From NCBI RefSeq assembly GCF_009914755.1, contig NC_060937.1: a stretch of 64,000 bases of DNA. One strand, 5' to 3'. Below are positions 38,915 through 53,514 of this stretch, piece after piece; the first letter of the stretch is position 1, and each line of letters begins with the position of its first letter. The notes below the pieces were generated by a model. That model searched no databases. It had not been told where the DNA came from and was given only the letters and a program-made list of their open reading frames with translations. Source of the stretch: the human T2T-CHM13v2.0 reference genome, Homo sapiens. A program made the translations under genes and the position numbers.

Positions 38915-39129
38915 GCAGCAATCAGCAAACTATGACCTACGGGCCGAGCCACCTATTTTAATAAATAAAGCTTTATTGGAACACAGCCCTGCTCATTCAT
39001 TTAGATATTGTCTAATGCTGTACTGACAGTACAATAGCAGCACTTAGTCATCTCGATAGAGACCCTATGGTCTGCAAAGCCTAAAATAATACTACCTATC
39101 CTTTCAGAGAGGAAGTTTGCCCGTCCCTG
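38915..39129. mobile_element. MER58A (hAT-Charlie MITE)
   Basis: cagcaaactatgacctacgggcc...aataaagctttattggaacacagcc...gcaaagcctaaaata...aagtttgcccgtccctg. Confidence 0.8.
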
Positions 39130-41339
39130 ATTTACAGCAACCCCTAAATGAGGCCAGGGTTGAGTGATTGCTGACCATCTGGGCCCATATTTTTAGTTGG
39201 TTCCATAGCCCAGTGTACACCCCTAATCCCAAGCAGATTTTAAGCAGCTGTGTGGTTACATGGAGTCAGGCAGAGGGCCCAGAACTGATCTATCTGCATT
39301 GTAGCCACAAATAAGAACAAAGAGAGGTTCATCCTTGTCCACGGACAGCAGCATTTGTCTGTCAAGTTGTTGGAAGTATTGCTTGAGTGTCCACCTAAAA
39401 TGGACCCTTCATAAATTCATGCATTTCCAAATAGTATGAGAAAGGATCCTAGTATGAAAATTCTGAGTTAAACCTGGGAATACAAAGATTTTTAGGCAAG
39501 ATGGAAAGCAAGGATCACTACTTAGGAAAAGTAAAAGGTGAATTAATTTGGGTACCAGTCTTTTTCAAGCAAGAGATTTCTTCCTCAGGGAAAGTTTTAA
39601 GCATTGGAATATAGATATTAAGCCAATTTTGGATTATATCAAAGAGTTCGTCAACTAAAAACATGTGCTCTTCTCTCTCTTTTTTTCTTCTCGTCAATAA
39701 GCGATGGAGAAATCTAAAGTCATGTAAGATTTTATTTCTGTTCTCCATCTGAGTCTCAGTCATTGCAAACTATGAGGCAGTAATGCTTTGTGCAACAGGA
39801 ATTAAAGAAGGGAGAGGTGGATAAGAGCAGGCTGGAAGAATCTCCCCGAACAGGTTCTAGAAACTGGACATTCCTTTGACTATTACCCGATATTCAAAAA
39901 TTTAATTTTTTCTTTTATAATTCTTTTGGGCCCCTTTTCTCATCCTTTTTTGGCTTTGGTTTCTTCCAATAAGTGCTTATGAGGCCAAGAAGTTGGTCAC
40001 TGGGGGCTTTAACAAGGCCCATGGATGGCAGCTGGATTCAGCTGAACTGTAGTAATTAGCCATCACCTAATCTTATTCAAATGGTGCTCCTAGATCTGCA
40101 ATGTGATAAATTGTGAAAGTTCCAAGTAGGGGGAATAAAAGAACAAAAGAAAGATACTAGCAGTCTTGGGTCTGACGGATTGCTCAAATTATATTCTTGC
40201 TGTTCCATTTTGCAAGTTTTTATCAAAATGGAAAATGCGAAGTCTTTGCCTAATGTCTCTGTACATAGTTTTTGTTGCCAGTTTATTCTCTCTGGTGTGG
40301 GGCTGGCTCAGCCGTTGGTCTCTGGCATGGAGATACCAAAATGCAGCTAATCTGCCTTCTGAGTAGAGCTCAAAACATGTGATTTAAAATCTTATGATAG
40401 TTTCATAGAAATAATAATGCCGTTGTGTCGAATTGTTGCAAGAAATAGATTATTTTCGAAAAGGTTTTTGTTTCCTGTAATGTTCTGGAATTTTTTATAA
40501 ACAAAATCAGTTTGGTGGTTTTCACTGAATTGACCAGTAATGAGTTTTGCTATGAGCGAATTTGATGTCAGGAGATTGCAAGAGAAGTAACAGATGTGAG
40601 GATCTCTGTTTACAAGAAAGACACTTTTCTCTTTGGCCACTGCCTGTGAGTTATGAGAGAGGTTAACATTTTCTTTTCTCTGTATGTTTACATGAAGTTT
40701 CTGGAAATCATTGCGAGGATTCTGTACATGACAGGATTTTCCCAGGGGCGATAGATGAGGGATTTAGAGATGAAATTGGTCTGTGCATCAGGGATGGGAA
40801 AGGATTCCAGGGTCTTCATCTGCTTTATGAATTAATATCGGTATACATTACCCTCTTAATATAGTGCTGAGCCAGGAAGTCTTGTGAGCCACCTAAGTTA
40901 GCTGTGAAATACTCAGGGCGTCCCTTAATTTTTTACTATAAATTTCTTCCACTTCATTTCTAACTTTGAAGTTTTAGGTAAAGATAGTTTCTCAACTCAT
41001 ATTTTGCCCTTTTCCAGATTATGCATTAGATGCAGTCATGGCCATAAATCTCACTAATGGCCAGTGCTGTACGGCATCTTATGGTCAGCATCTGAGTGTG
41101 CAGGCTCTCTGTGCTAATCCTGGGATTCCAGTAAGTCATAAAAACAGCGGCTTAAGAAAGTTTGCATTTTTCCCCTCTTGTCAAACTAAGATAAACCCAA
41201 TTTTAGAAGAGGTACAGTTCCTATCCCTTCCTGGTGAATCCTAAAAGGAAATCAATACATCAATGCATTGTCCTTTAGTTGCACTTTGTACATTTTCCTG
41301 AGAACTTATGGCCAAATTAGTAAATGAAATGTGTAAGAC

Positions 41340-41545
41340 ATTGGGCAGTTTTGCAATGCACTTCAAGTCATCTGTCTTAATCCCTGCAATAACCCTAAGA
41401 GTAGGGCATTCTCTGTCTTGCTAGTCAGGAAACTGAGGTCCATGGAAGCTAAGTATGTTTCCCTGGGATTGCACAACTAAGTAGCAGAGGTAGGATTCAA
41501 GTTCGGATCCTCTGACTCCAATTACCATTCCCTTTCCACTGCAAC
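41340..41545 (-). mobile_element. MIR SINE
   Basis: ttaatccctgcaataaccctaagagtagg...ggaaactgaggtcc...ggattcaagttcggatcctctgactcca. Confidence 0.75.
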
Positions 41546-41884
41546 AGGCTGCTCATGTGTAGGGGAGCATGCAATGAAGATAGCCAGTGAAGCTGAGTCC
41601 AAATGCATGATGGAGAAGCCTGTGCAACTATTAGGATGGAGAAACTATTAAGATGGTGGGAAAGGAGAATGGGTGTACAGAGAGCAGAGAAGGAGAGAGA
41701 AAGGTCATTTTAAAAAAATGAAATGACAACTTTGAGTCAAGCCCCTTATAGAAGAGCTCACCCTCTTTCTGTTTTCTGATGCTCCCCACATTGCCTTTAT
41801 CAAGATTTGGAAAGATATATTGAAACTTGGAAGGTATAGGGTATCTTCTGTAGTTCCCTCTATATTGTTTTATTACCTAGAAAG

Positions 41885-42067
41885 AGCCAGAGGGTGAATA
41901 TGTTAGACTTTGCAACCCAGTGGTCTCTGTCACAGCCATTCAACTCTGACATTTTTATCTTGAACGCAGCCATGGACAATGCATAAACACATGAGCATGG
42001 CTGTGCTTCACTAACGTTTATTTACAAAGCAGCAGCCAGCTGGAGACCACTGTTTGCTGGCTCCTGC
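41885..42067. mobile_element. MER58A MITE, opposite orientation to the 38915 copy
   Basis: gaatatgttagactttgc...gtctctgtcacagccattcaactctg...gagcatggctgtgcttc...tttatttacaaa...gtttgctggctcctg. Confidence 0.75.
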
Positions 42068-42074
42068 CTTAAAA

Positions 42075-42448
42075 CAGTGACTTCCAACCTCAGCTGTACA
42101 TTACAACCACCTGGGGAACAGCAGAAAATACCAGTGCCCCCTGATTCTTCTCTACAATAACCAAATCTTTCTAAAGTAGAGTGCAGGTATCAATATAGAT
42201 GTTTAAAGCATGCCATGAAATTCTAGTGTAAAAGTAAGATGGAGGACCACTGTCCTAGATTCTGAAACAGTGGCCTTCTCATTATGGTTCCTGGGACAAC
42301 AGCATCAGCATTCCCTGGCAACTTGTTAGACATCGAGTTCTCAAGCCCCATTCCAGACCTACGGAAACTGAAACTCCAAGTGGGGCCCCAAAATTGTGTT
42401 AACAAGCCCTCCAGGTGGTGCCAAAGCACAACCCAGTTTGAGAAGCAC
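42075..42448. mobile_element. Two adjacent MER5A-family MITEs
   Basis: cagtgacttccaacctcagctgtacattac...gaccactg; cagtggccttctca...cagcatcagcattccctgg...ttaacaagccctccaggtg...gtttgagaagcac. Confidence 0.8.
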
Positions 42449-45155
42449 AAGTCTGGGACCTAGAAAATAAGGATTCAGCCCCAGAGCCCTTGCTTGAGTG
42501 TCTTCCTGAGCACATCAGGCGTAATGTTCTAGAGCCAGCCCTGGACCTTCCATCGGAAATCCAGCTTTAAGCTCTGCCCTTTACTTCCCCTCCCTAAGCC
42601 CCAGAGTCTTCATCTATAAAAAGAGTAATATTAATAGTTATACCTAATTTATAGCTAATTGATGGTGATTGGGTGATTAAAGGTATGTGAAGGCAGTCAA
42701 ACTATTAGACACCATGCAAATGCAACTATTTATTGTGATTGTAACTAACCCTTCAGAGGTAGAAGTACATGCAGTTATTACTCATGGGCTTGGTCCATGA
42801 CTCTCAGTCCAGGAGTGTGCTGCGGCCCAAAGGGTTACTACTAAGCATAATCTAGAAAGTACTTAAGAGTGAGTTGTCTTATCCTTACCAAAACCATGGT
42901 GGTTCTGGCCCTCTGGAGGGCAACAACGCTATAAAGGGAAGAAAACAGGATCAGAAAGAAGTCCCTATGGAGATAAGGTGATAGAGAGGATACTACCATA
43001 TGAAAGCAGGAAAAAGCCTTTCAAATTAAGGTGGATAGGATATGCTGAATGTCCACAAACCCTTATAGGAAGTAGACAAAGTAAACCATGTATCCTCCTG
43101 GGATCTTTTTCCAGGAGTCTCCGAGCCACACTGGGTGGTACACCTTGATATATAATCCTTGCCAAGAAGTAGTATCAGGTACAATCACAAACATATTCAA
43201 AAAGGTCCAGAGACCTTTACGAATAACACACATAATTTGTTCCTTAGACAATCTGGGACACTTCAGAGGCAAATTTACAGTCTTTTAGGTTTGACATCTA
43301 GTAGGATAAATAGTTGCCATAAAATGTCCCTTAAACACTGTTTTAGAATATACAATCCTGAAAGAATCAGGATCTAACAAACAGTGGGTTGATTCTTGAG
43401 TTCTTGTGAGAAGAAAACCAAGACACTTTGCAAGCTATCTGTTGTTTTATATGTGTGTGGATTTGAACTGCATGTTTCTGAAATAATAAAGACCTTTTGG
43501 GAATCAACTATCTTATAGAGACTCCAGAGTTATTATCTGAACTTTAGGGAGAACATCCATGCCAAAATCAGCACCATCTGTTAAATTCCCTCATCGTTCT
43601 CTTCCTGTCTTACTGAAAGACCCTGCTCTCTTCACTGTTGTTGTGATTTTTTTTTTTTTTTCCTTCTTGTTTGGTCATCTGCAGCATAAAGGGTGTAGAG
43701 AGGAGAGTCAGAGAGAAGTGTGTCAATCTTTACTTGGACAGAAGCCCAGGAAGTATTAGTTAGACATTTTCTTATGTAGATTGGAGAGTCATTTTTGTGA
43801 GTAAAATGCCCTGCAAAGCATTTTGCTGGTAGATGCTCGGAAAATGTTGAGGCAGGTTAAAATGAGCCATGACACACCCGAGCCGCAGGTGTAGCATTTA
43901 GAGTCCAGTGAGGGGGGATTACCTCCTGTTCTCCTGCTAGCTTTGCTGAAATTGTTTAATCCCAAAGGATAAATCCAGGCTGCTTTTCTCAGGGCCATAT
44001 AACTGCCTTAGTACATAGAGCTGTTGAAATATGAACCAAGCAGGGTGTGAACTAGCTCAAAATATGCTGATTTCCAGATGTTCTTTGATTCTGTCAAACA
44101 CTGATTGCCCCCAAAGACCATCCTGAGTTGTGGCTGCCAGTGATTCCTCATGTTTCTTTCCATGATCAAGGCAATAATTTTAAAGCCCCGTAGTCTTTCT
44201 TATGAGCCTGTGTCTGGGTCTTGTCTAGGTCATATTTTACTTCTCAGTATGAAAATGCAGAGTCTCACTGGATTGCGCTGTAAAATATCTGCACGTCGGT
44301 AGCGGTTTTTTAATTTGTTGCTCTTCCCAGGATGGAGAACCTTTCTGAATTATGAACGAAGGGTTGGTGCTCAATATAGTGACCTTCCGTGAAAGAGAGG
44401 TTGTGGAATATCTGCTTTCTCTGCAACAACAACAACAACAACAAAAGAAAGGAAAAAACAAGGAAAGTAAATGTGAGCATGTTTTAGGGAAAGTAATCAA
44501 AATCCAAAATCATTGAATTTATGTTTACAGAAGGAAAAAAAAATCATTTGCGAAGCAGACTTATCACTCACACTATTATTGCATTCCAAAACTTCATTCT
44601 CTTAAGAATTAAAAAAATAAATAAATCCAGAGTGTGAATATATTGGGGATCAAAAATGCTAATGCTTCTAGGAGGTTCTTTTGAATTTGTTTTATGATAT
44701 CTCAGTAAAATAAAGGCTTATAGAAACCCTTCTAACTGGTGGGTTAAATGTCTACCACTAGAAAGGAGATACCACAAGGAGGAAAGAATTTTTACACCTC
44801 CTTCTACTTTCACCCTGTTCAGAGACAAATCTGTGGCCACCAGCCTCAGCATCCCCTGAGCCTTTGAACCAACACATTTGCCCTCATTTCTTATGAGGAG
44901 AAATGATACAGAACTCTTTGGAGAGAACTCTTCAGAAGACCTGGATCTGGGTTCACATGGGGGCTTTGACTCATTGGCAGGGATTTTCATGTATTGAAGC
45001 CTTGATATTCTCATCTGTAGGATGCAGTAAATAGCGCCTGATGAGGAAAGGGCCATCGTCAAATAAAAATATAAATTTTATTTCATCTAAATTCACAACC
45101 TGGTTAGGGGTGAGGGCAGAGTCAGGACTTGGAGCTGCCAGGGCTAGTAACATAG

Positions 45156-45469
<314 letters not shown>

Positions 45470-46808
45470 TAATTCATGATATACTTAAAAAGGTAGTTAG
45501 CTGTGTTTTTCAAAGTAATCAGATCTACATTTAAATAATAATATCCAACGGGAGAAGACACAGAAAGCCCTCAGAACTGGGCCTAGTACACAGTGAGGCA
45601 CCTGTGAACATTCACACCCATTTTCCCTCCTCTTCACGCCTGTGCCATCTGCCAAGTCCTCCATCTCATGAAACACCTGAGGCATTCCATGACCTTCGAG
45701 GGCACACGCTAAGTTTGGACAAAGGCAATTCGCACACGTTAAGAAGACTTTCTGCCCTAGTGATTGCTGCTGCATCCTTTCACTTGTCTCTGCATTGCAG
45801 TGGATTTCTTTCCGTGAGCATTGTGATTGAGGTTCTTCCTTAGCAACAATCGTTTTAAAAAATAGAAATCACACTTAGATGGTAAATTCTCTCTTTTGGG
45901 TCACAGATGTGGGAGATAATCACAGCCTCTTCCAGGGATTACTAATTAGTCAATTCCTAGTAATCTCCAGGGATTACTAATTACCAGAGATTCCTAATCT
46001 GCTTCTGGGTGTGGCTGACACCAGAAAGTTTGGGGGAACCCACAAGCAGCACCCAATGCAAATGGGGACAGAGAACCCACTGCTTCAGGAGCAGAGATGA
46101 CCAATCCTGCTTGCCAGCACCATCTCTGCAGAGAGCAGAAACTCCTGGCTCCCTCTGCTTGCCTCCCTCTACCCCAAGTGACATCCTTGAGTTCACGCCA
46201 CTCCTGCAGAGAGTTACTGCATCTACCAGATTCAATAATTACACCATATTTGGTCCTGAGGTTTTCTGACCAGCCATGGTCCATTTTTCCCAAGTGCTCC
46301 ATCATGACAGCAATCTATTGAGGGCAAGTGTGCTCTGAGAAAACTGTACTGGTGATGGCCAGCCTCTACTGAGACCTAACCATCTGCCATGAATGAATAT
46401 ATTCATTCATTTAATCCAGATAAAAATCCTGAATTTTACAGTTGAGGAAATGGAGTCCGAGTGGCCAGAAGAAATTTCATGAATTTTAGAAGTCTGTAGT
46501 AAACCCATGTAAAATGCCTCGAGGAGAGCCCAGGCAGGAACTGGTTTCTCTGTCACATACATGAGGCTGAATTAGGGACTGAGTCATGGTGGGAGATGGC
46601 TGATGTTTTGGAAATGGCCCTAATATCGAGCTGGTCCGCTTTCTATCTTGCCATTGCCCATAGCTGGAGAAGGGAGTGAGGCCATGATCTCTGTCTGGAA
46701 TGAGGCATTGTGCTCTAGCCATTGACCTAGCTGGGTAAACCCTGAATCAGTTAGTTAAAGGCTATTACCAAGGGTTCAGTGTGAAGGAGTGTTATTTTAG
46801 GAGTTTTC

Positions 46809-47104
46809 CTTTTTTTTTTTTAAGAGACGGGGTCTTGCTCTGTCATCCAGGCTAGAGTGAAGTGGCGCAAACACAGCTCCGTGCAGCCTCAACCTCCTGG
46901 GCTCAAGCAGTCCTCCGGCCTCAGCCCCACAAGTAGCTAAGACTACTGGTATGTGCCACCACACCCAACTAATTTTTATATTTTTATAGAGACAAGAGTT
47001 TTGCCATGTTGTCCAGGGTGGTCTTGAACTCCTGAGCTCAGCAACTTGCCTGCCTCCGCCTCCCAAAGTGCTGGGATTACAGGCGTGAGCCATCGCACCC
47101 GGCC
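46809..47104 (-). mobile_element. AluJ, full length
   Basis: 16-bp TSD tattttaggagttttc at 46793-46808 and 47105-47120; J-type gcagcctcaacctcctgggctcaagc. Confidence 0.95.
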
Positions 47105-47470
47105 TATTTTAGGAGTTTTCTTTCCTAATCACTCCCTTCCTAACACCCGCTGTCATTCATAAGTTACGCGATGTAACTTATCTCTTTGACTGCTCACTCG
47201 GGGCCTGTGATAGTCAGGGATACAGCCTCAGGAAATTTACTGCTAAAGAGAAAATAAGTTGAATGTGAATATTTTGCAACTTAGGGTCACTGTTATGTTA
47301 GAACTCTGAGAACAGGAATGCATGAAAAGATCAAGGGTGGAAGGGGGATGATCTTTGTAGGTCAAAGTAGTAAAATAAAAGTGAGCTGAAATGGAGTGAG
47401 ATGTAGTCCTTTGGCTCTAAATTTTCTAAGAGGAATGATCTATGGAAACTAAAATCTGCACAATTTTTAA

Positions 47471-47818
<348 letters not shown>

Positions 47819-49042
47819 TAAAGATATAAATCATGAGAAAATTCTCATTTCTCCATAAGGTGGTATCCACTCAGTTGCTTATAGGTATCAAAAAGGTAAA
47901 GAATGGTTAAACGGCAACTGGGAGAAACTTAAAACTCCTGGTAATAGCAGGACTGGGATTTGGGGGAAATCATTTTAATTGTGGAGTAGTCATGCATTAC
48001 TGGAAAATAATCCATCACTAACTGTGGATGTTGCTTGTTACCTATGTAACTCCTCTGAAGAACATTCCCAAAAATTTAGAAAAAAAAAATCTACCAATTA
48101 TCAAGAATTAGAAATTAAAAAATAAAAAACCCAAAGGAAAGCCATGGAGCTACATTAAAATCATTCCATTCCCACAGCTCTGTTTGTGCAAATTAAAAGA
48201 CCAAAATTCTGGAGGCATCACACAATTATTTGGCCTTGGGGAGATCCTTCTTCTTTAAAGGCTATAAAATTACATTCATCCTGAACACCTCCAAAGGCAT
48301 GTATATATTGTGATAGATACATGTGTATACATGATGTGTAACTATAGAGGTCACTATGTATATAAAGCCAAAGAAGGGTTCTACGTAAATAAGACTTTAA
48401 ATAGTGTCATGGTACTTAAATGGAACCACTGTATAAGATTCTTAAGTTTCAATTACAAATATTAACAGTATTAACAGTTTCATAAATGGAGACAAAGAAC
48501 ACTCGTTTCTTTTCGTTTACAATGAAAAATGAGAAAAGGATTATCCAGTGTGCAAATATTTGCTGCACGGGAATATTTAATACATTTCTGTATAAAAGGT
48601 TTTAATATGCGCCCCTTGCTAACATTACCAAATCATATTAAAAGTATTTAGTACTTCAAATAGTCTTTAGTATCTCTGGCCTCATTACTGAGAAACATCT
48701 GGAAGGCAATAGGAAAGAAAGGTAACACTGGCATTATCTTCTATTGTTACCTCTTGCTTCTTAGGTATTAATTTGTAAAATGAGGGGAAAATCCTTTCCA
48801 AATGCACAGGTTATCATTATTGAACGACAAGATAAAATAATAGCTAATAGCTAATATTTGTTGAGTATTGACTTCCTTCTAGGCACTTCTATACTAACAG
48901 GTTCTGTAATTAACTTCATTGGGCAGATGAAAAAATCCTATTTGAAATCTCCTTCTCAACTCAGGCTAGTAGTAGTTTCCTTTTGCCTCTTAGCTTGTTC
49001 CCTAATGATGCAGTAAATATCATGTTAAAGATTGTTACTATA

Positions 49043-49341
49043 GGCTGGGTGCAGTAGGTCACGCTTATAATCCCAGCACTTTGGGATACCAAAGCAGGCG
49101 GATCACTTGAGGCCAGGAGTTTGAGACCAGCCTGGCCAACATGGTGAAACCCTGTCTCTACTAAAAATACAAAAAATTAGCCAGATGTGGTGGCGTGCAC
49201 CTGTAATCCCAGCTCCTTGGGAGGCTGAGGCAGGAGAATTGCTTAACCGGGGAGGTGGAGGTTGCCGTGAGACGAGATCACACCACTGCACTCCAGCCTG
49301 GGCAACAAAAGCAAAACTCCGTCTCAAAAAAAAAAAAAAAA
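49043..49341 (+). mobile_element. AluS (Sq/Sz-like), full length
   Basis: 15-bp TSD aaagattgttactat at 49027-49041 and 49340-49354. Confidence 0.95.
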
Positions 49342-49947
49342 AGATTGTTACTATGCTAAAGAATATATCATCAAGATGAACCTTAAATTTTTATTGGATT
49401 TGGTCTAATATTTTCAAACAAAATGGCAGCTCATTTTTTAAAATTCAAAGGAAAATATCTTTCATAACTTGAATAAATCTCAAACCAATTTGGAAAATGG
49501 ATAAGGATTACAGTGACATATGATTTCCCCGAGTAAGGTTTCAGTTCACAGACCAGCAATTAATGAATGATATTAATAATGCATTAGGACTGACAATAGA
49601 AATCATTTTATACCTCACATTGTAAAACTGAGTCAAAGGTAAATAAGTTATGTAATGTAGGAAATATCTGGGAATTAGTAATAAGACACTGATAATTCGG
49701 GGAGAGTTAAAGGTGTACCATAAAACAGTGTTTCTCAAAGTAGGGTTCCCATATCACTGCATTGGAATCACTCAAATACTGTAAAATGCAGATCATGTGT
49801 GCCACCACAGGGATTCTGCATCAACATCTGCCTTTTAAAATAAACCTCCCAGATGCTTCTTCTCACTATAATAAAGCACTTTGAAGAACTACTATTTATT
49901 TCGTTCCAGTAGCTGAAAGTATACTTTTTGGTTATTTAATAGAAAGC

Positions 49948-50396
49948 ACTACTGTGAGTTGAATTGCGTCCCCCAAAAAGATATGTCGAAGTCCTAACTT
50001 CCACTACCTGCGAATGAGACCTTAATTGAGAATAGGGTCTTTGCAGATGTAACCAATAGGTCGCATAGGAATAGGATGAGCCTTGAATCCAATGACTGGC
50101 TTCCTAATAAGAAGGGAATTTGGACACGGAGACCCAGAGGAGGCACATACAGAGGAAGAACACCGTGTAAAGACAGAGGCAGAGATGGCAGTGATGCAGC
50201 CGTCGGTCAAAGGATGCCCAGGAGCCACCAGATGTTAGGAGAGAGCAGTGCACAGATCCTCCCTCTGAACCTCCAGAAAGAACCAACCTGGTCAATACCT
50301 TCAGACTCCGGGCATCCAGAAGTGTGAGAGAATACATTTCTGTTGTTTTAAGTCACCCCGTTGTGGGACTTTCCTGGCAGCCCCGGGAAACTACAC
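49948..50396 (+). mobile_element. MLT1C-like MaLR LTR
   Basis: gttgaattgcgtcccccaaaaagatatgtcgaagtcctaac...agggtctttgcagatgtaa...gaggcagagatggcagtgatgcagcc...gagagaatacatttctgttgttttaag. Confidence 0.88.
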
Positions 50397-51478
50397 GTGC
50401 GCAAAGCTAAGAACTGGAATCCCACGGGGAAATTCTTTCTCCATCCGTCACTCCCTGGTGCACTTTCTTCTCTGGCCCTCAGTGTTGGGAACTTTATCAG
50501 GAGGTTGCCTCCTGCACCTCGGGGTCCCTTGTGCTTCTCCCTCCTGTCTCTCTCGTAAGCCCATCCTCAGTCCTAGACTGTCTCGCCAGCTCCCCGTTCA
50601 ATACTTCAAAGAGCAGCTGTCCAGGGTTGCAGCTGATTTTGCCTGACACTCTCCCAAAAGAGATTTGAGGGATTTCCTGATTCACTGGATGGCCAATGTC
50701 ACCCTGAAGTATGAGGTTTTTCACAAATTAAACTGGAAAACATATCTGAAAATCTCATGCCCTGCCAGAACTGATTAAAAGTGAGAAAGGCAGAGAATAA
50801 AGTAACACAGAAGTGATCCTTGTCATTTTTGCCAGATTACATTTCCCCCATGTAGCAACGAGGTGTCTATCACTCCGGGATCATCCACTTCGAGGGCAGG
50901 CTGAGTGAAGGTCATTTTGGTTTTTATTGATTCTATGGCTCTGGCATTACTCATAAGGATTTACGGTATTTAACCCACCAGGAGAAGCCCTGAACTATAA
51001 ATGACTCTCCTTTTGCCAGGAGAGCCTGCTGCATCATAAGTGACACCGGCTACATGGATTCCTTCACAGCCATCTCTAATGAAGCCCGCAGCCTTTGCCT
51101 CCGCACAAAAGCACACGGCCTCTCATTTCATGGGGCTGATCCCTCCTTTGGCTCTGAATCAGCACGAGGTTGTTTAGCTTACTAAGTAGGGTAATCCAGA
51201 CACAGGGACAGAAAAAGAACTGAGTGCATAAGACTCATGCTGTTCCTTTCACGTCAGCATCCTCCAGGACCAAAACTGGGAATAAGAAAATGAAAGTCGA
51301 AGAGCATGAAATAGGGAAAATAGAAAATTAAGGCTAGGATTATTAAGGCTTATGAAGTGGTCTCGCATGTGTTACAAGGGGCTCAGGACACAACAGAGGC
51401 ACAGGAAATATATTTGTTGAAGAATAAGGGAATGAATCAACTTTGAGAGCTTGTTTAAAACTTGTTATTGTTGTTAAC

Positions 51479-51770
51479 TTTTTTTTTGAGGCAGGATCTT
51501 GCTCTGTGGCCCAGCCTGGAGTTCAGTGGTGCAATCACAGCTCACTGCAGCCTCAACTTCCCCAGGCTCAGGTGATCCTCCCACCTCAGCCTCCTGAGTA
51601 CCTGGGACTACAGACGTGTGTCATCAGGCCCAGCTAATTTTTGTATTTTTTGTAGAGACCAGGTCTCACTATGTTGCCCAGGCTGGTGTCGAACTCCTGG
51701 GCTCAAGTGAGCCTCCCGCCTCAGCCTCCCAAAGTTTTGGGATTACAGGTGTGAGTCACTGTGCCTGGCC
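51479..51770 (-). mobile_element. AluJ
   Basis: gcaatcacagctcactgcagcctcaac...gtctcactatgttgcccaggctgg...ctcctgggctcaag. Confidence 0.93.
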
Positions 51771-53514
51771 CATCATTATTATTTTAACTAAAAACTTTTC
51801 CTCCTCAGAAAAGAATTAAGGATGTTTTAAACACAGGGCTAATGTTTATTGACGGTGTTCTCACAACCAATAATTTGTGAACCCAGGACTAAAATGGGCT
51901 CAGAGGCAAAAAGAAAAAAATCAACAATATTGATCTTATCTTTATGGAAAATTTTGATATTTTATTTATCACATAAGCAAATGCCTCCCATGCCTCCTAG
52001 GCCCTGCCCTGTGTGAACCTTTAGAAATGTAAAGAATGTTTTGTTAAGGGGAGAATGTGAACATTCAGGTTTGAATTAACAATGAATTAGGAAGGAAAAG
52101 CCCCTTGGAACCAAGGAAGGAGTCTTCCACATGAGCTTGAAATGAAACAACAATCTCCACGAAGCAGTCTTAGTCTCACAGGAGGGATGATTTTCAATTC
52201 ACAGACTTTTCTTTCCCCAGAATCTGGAAATTTGAGTTTGCCGCACTCATAAATGCTTTTTTGCACATATGTGCATGCAAAAGCATCCTGAAGCTTCATG
52301 ACTGATAATTTTACTCTTCGTGACTGGTCATTGCCCCGAAATGAGTCAAGGACATGTCTGCAGAGAATATCAGAGCAACAGACCGAATCCCTTCCCAGGA
52401 GTATCTCCAGCCCCCGCTAACACCGAGCATTTATTGTTTGCACACTATTTTTAGTATTTGGACACTGACACTATCTGCAACTATTTAACCCTTTCTTTGT
52501 CGATATGCTTTGTCACTAATAGGCAACTCTGTCTCTATAAGGATAAAAATTACACTTGAAAAGATTCTACTAGTGGAAGCCCATGGTACTTATTCAATAT
52601 ATTCTGGATTAATCCATGAATTAACTGTAAATTCCTCTGCTTTGGCTTTTCTCTTTGTTGAATTAAAGTTGTTCCTGTTTTATCCTAAGCTCTCAGAACA
52701 TTCCAAGAAATTTCCTTTTTTGGAAAAATATGGGCTCCTAGCAGTCAAGTGGGACTGGGATATGAAAATAAAATATTCTTAAATTACCACTACTATTATT
52801 ACATTTATAAAACAAGTCTATTAACTGGTCTATATTTATAGAATCTCAAACGTTTGAAGCAGATAATAAAATTCACCCTGTTTCTCAATTTAAAATCTGC
52901 TAGCAAAAAGCACTTAGTCGAATTATTTCAAATTTGTCAGACTATAATGTCTCAGAAGACACCTGCAGGTCAATATTTTTCTGTCTTTCTTAACCTGACA
53001 CCAAGTTTTATATATATATCTTGCCCTGTAATAGTATCTAATACAGGGCTGTGCTCCCTACTTTAAGAAAACTGAGATCCAAAAATCTGATTTTGGGGGG
53101 GAAAAGAAAAAGTCATACTTACTTTGCAAAAGAATTTAAATAGCAAGCTCCCTCTGAGTACTTAAAATATGATTCAATTTACCAAATCGTTACTAGTGCA
53201 TGGCAGAGAATGTCCTGTTCATCTACTTTTATTTAGGGCTCCTCAGATCTAAGAACATGAACATGAAAGAACATGCCCATTGCAGAGTTACGATCCTTCT
53301 CTAAAAGGGGCATAGTGCCATCTACATGCTTAATGAAAAACACGTGGGTCTAAGTTTGCTAGAGGCTCAGGCAGACCCAGCTCTGGGAATCAAGAGGTAC
53401 AGTGTAGGAAAGCTGTTCAGCTCTCTTGAGAACATCCACCTGTCAGGGCTGGCTCCTGGACATATGCGACAGGTTGTTGTTATTGTTGGTATCATTATTA
53501 TTTTTGCTAAAGAG

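Noticed and set aside
38040-42740. Two similar clusters of MIR, MER5A x2 and MER58A suggesting a segmental duplication
   Set aside because: The copies are mutually diverged and the unique flanks do not match; more likely independent insertions.
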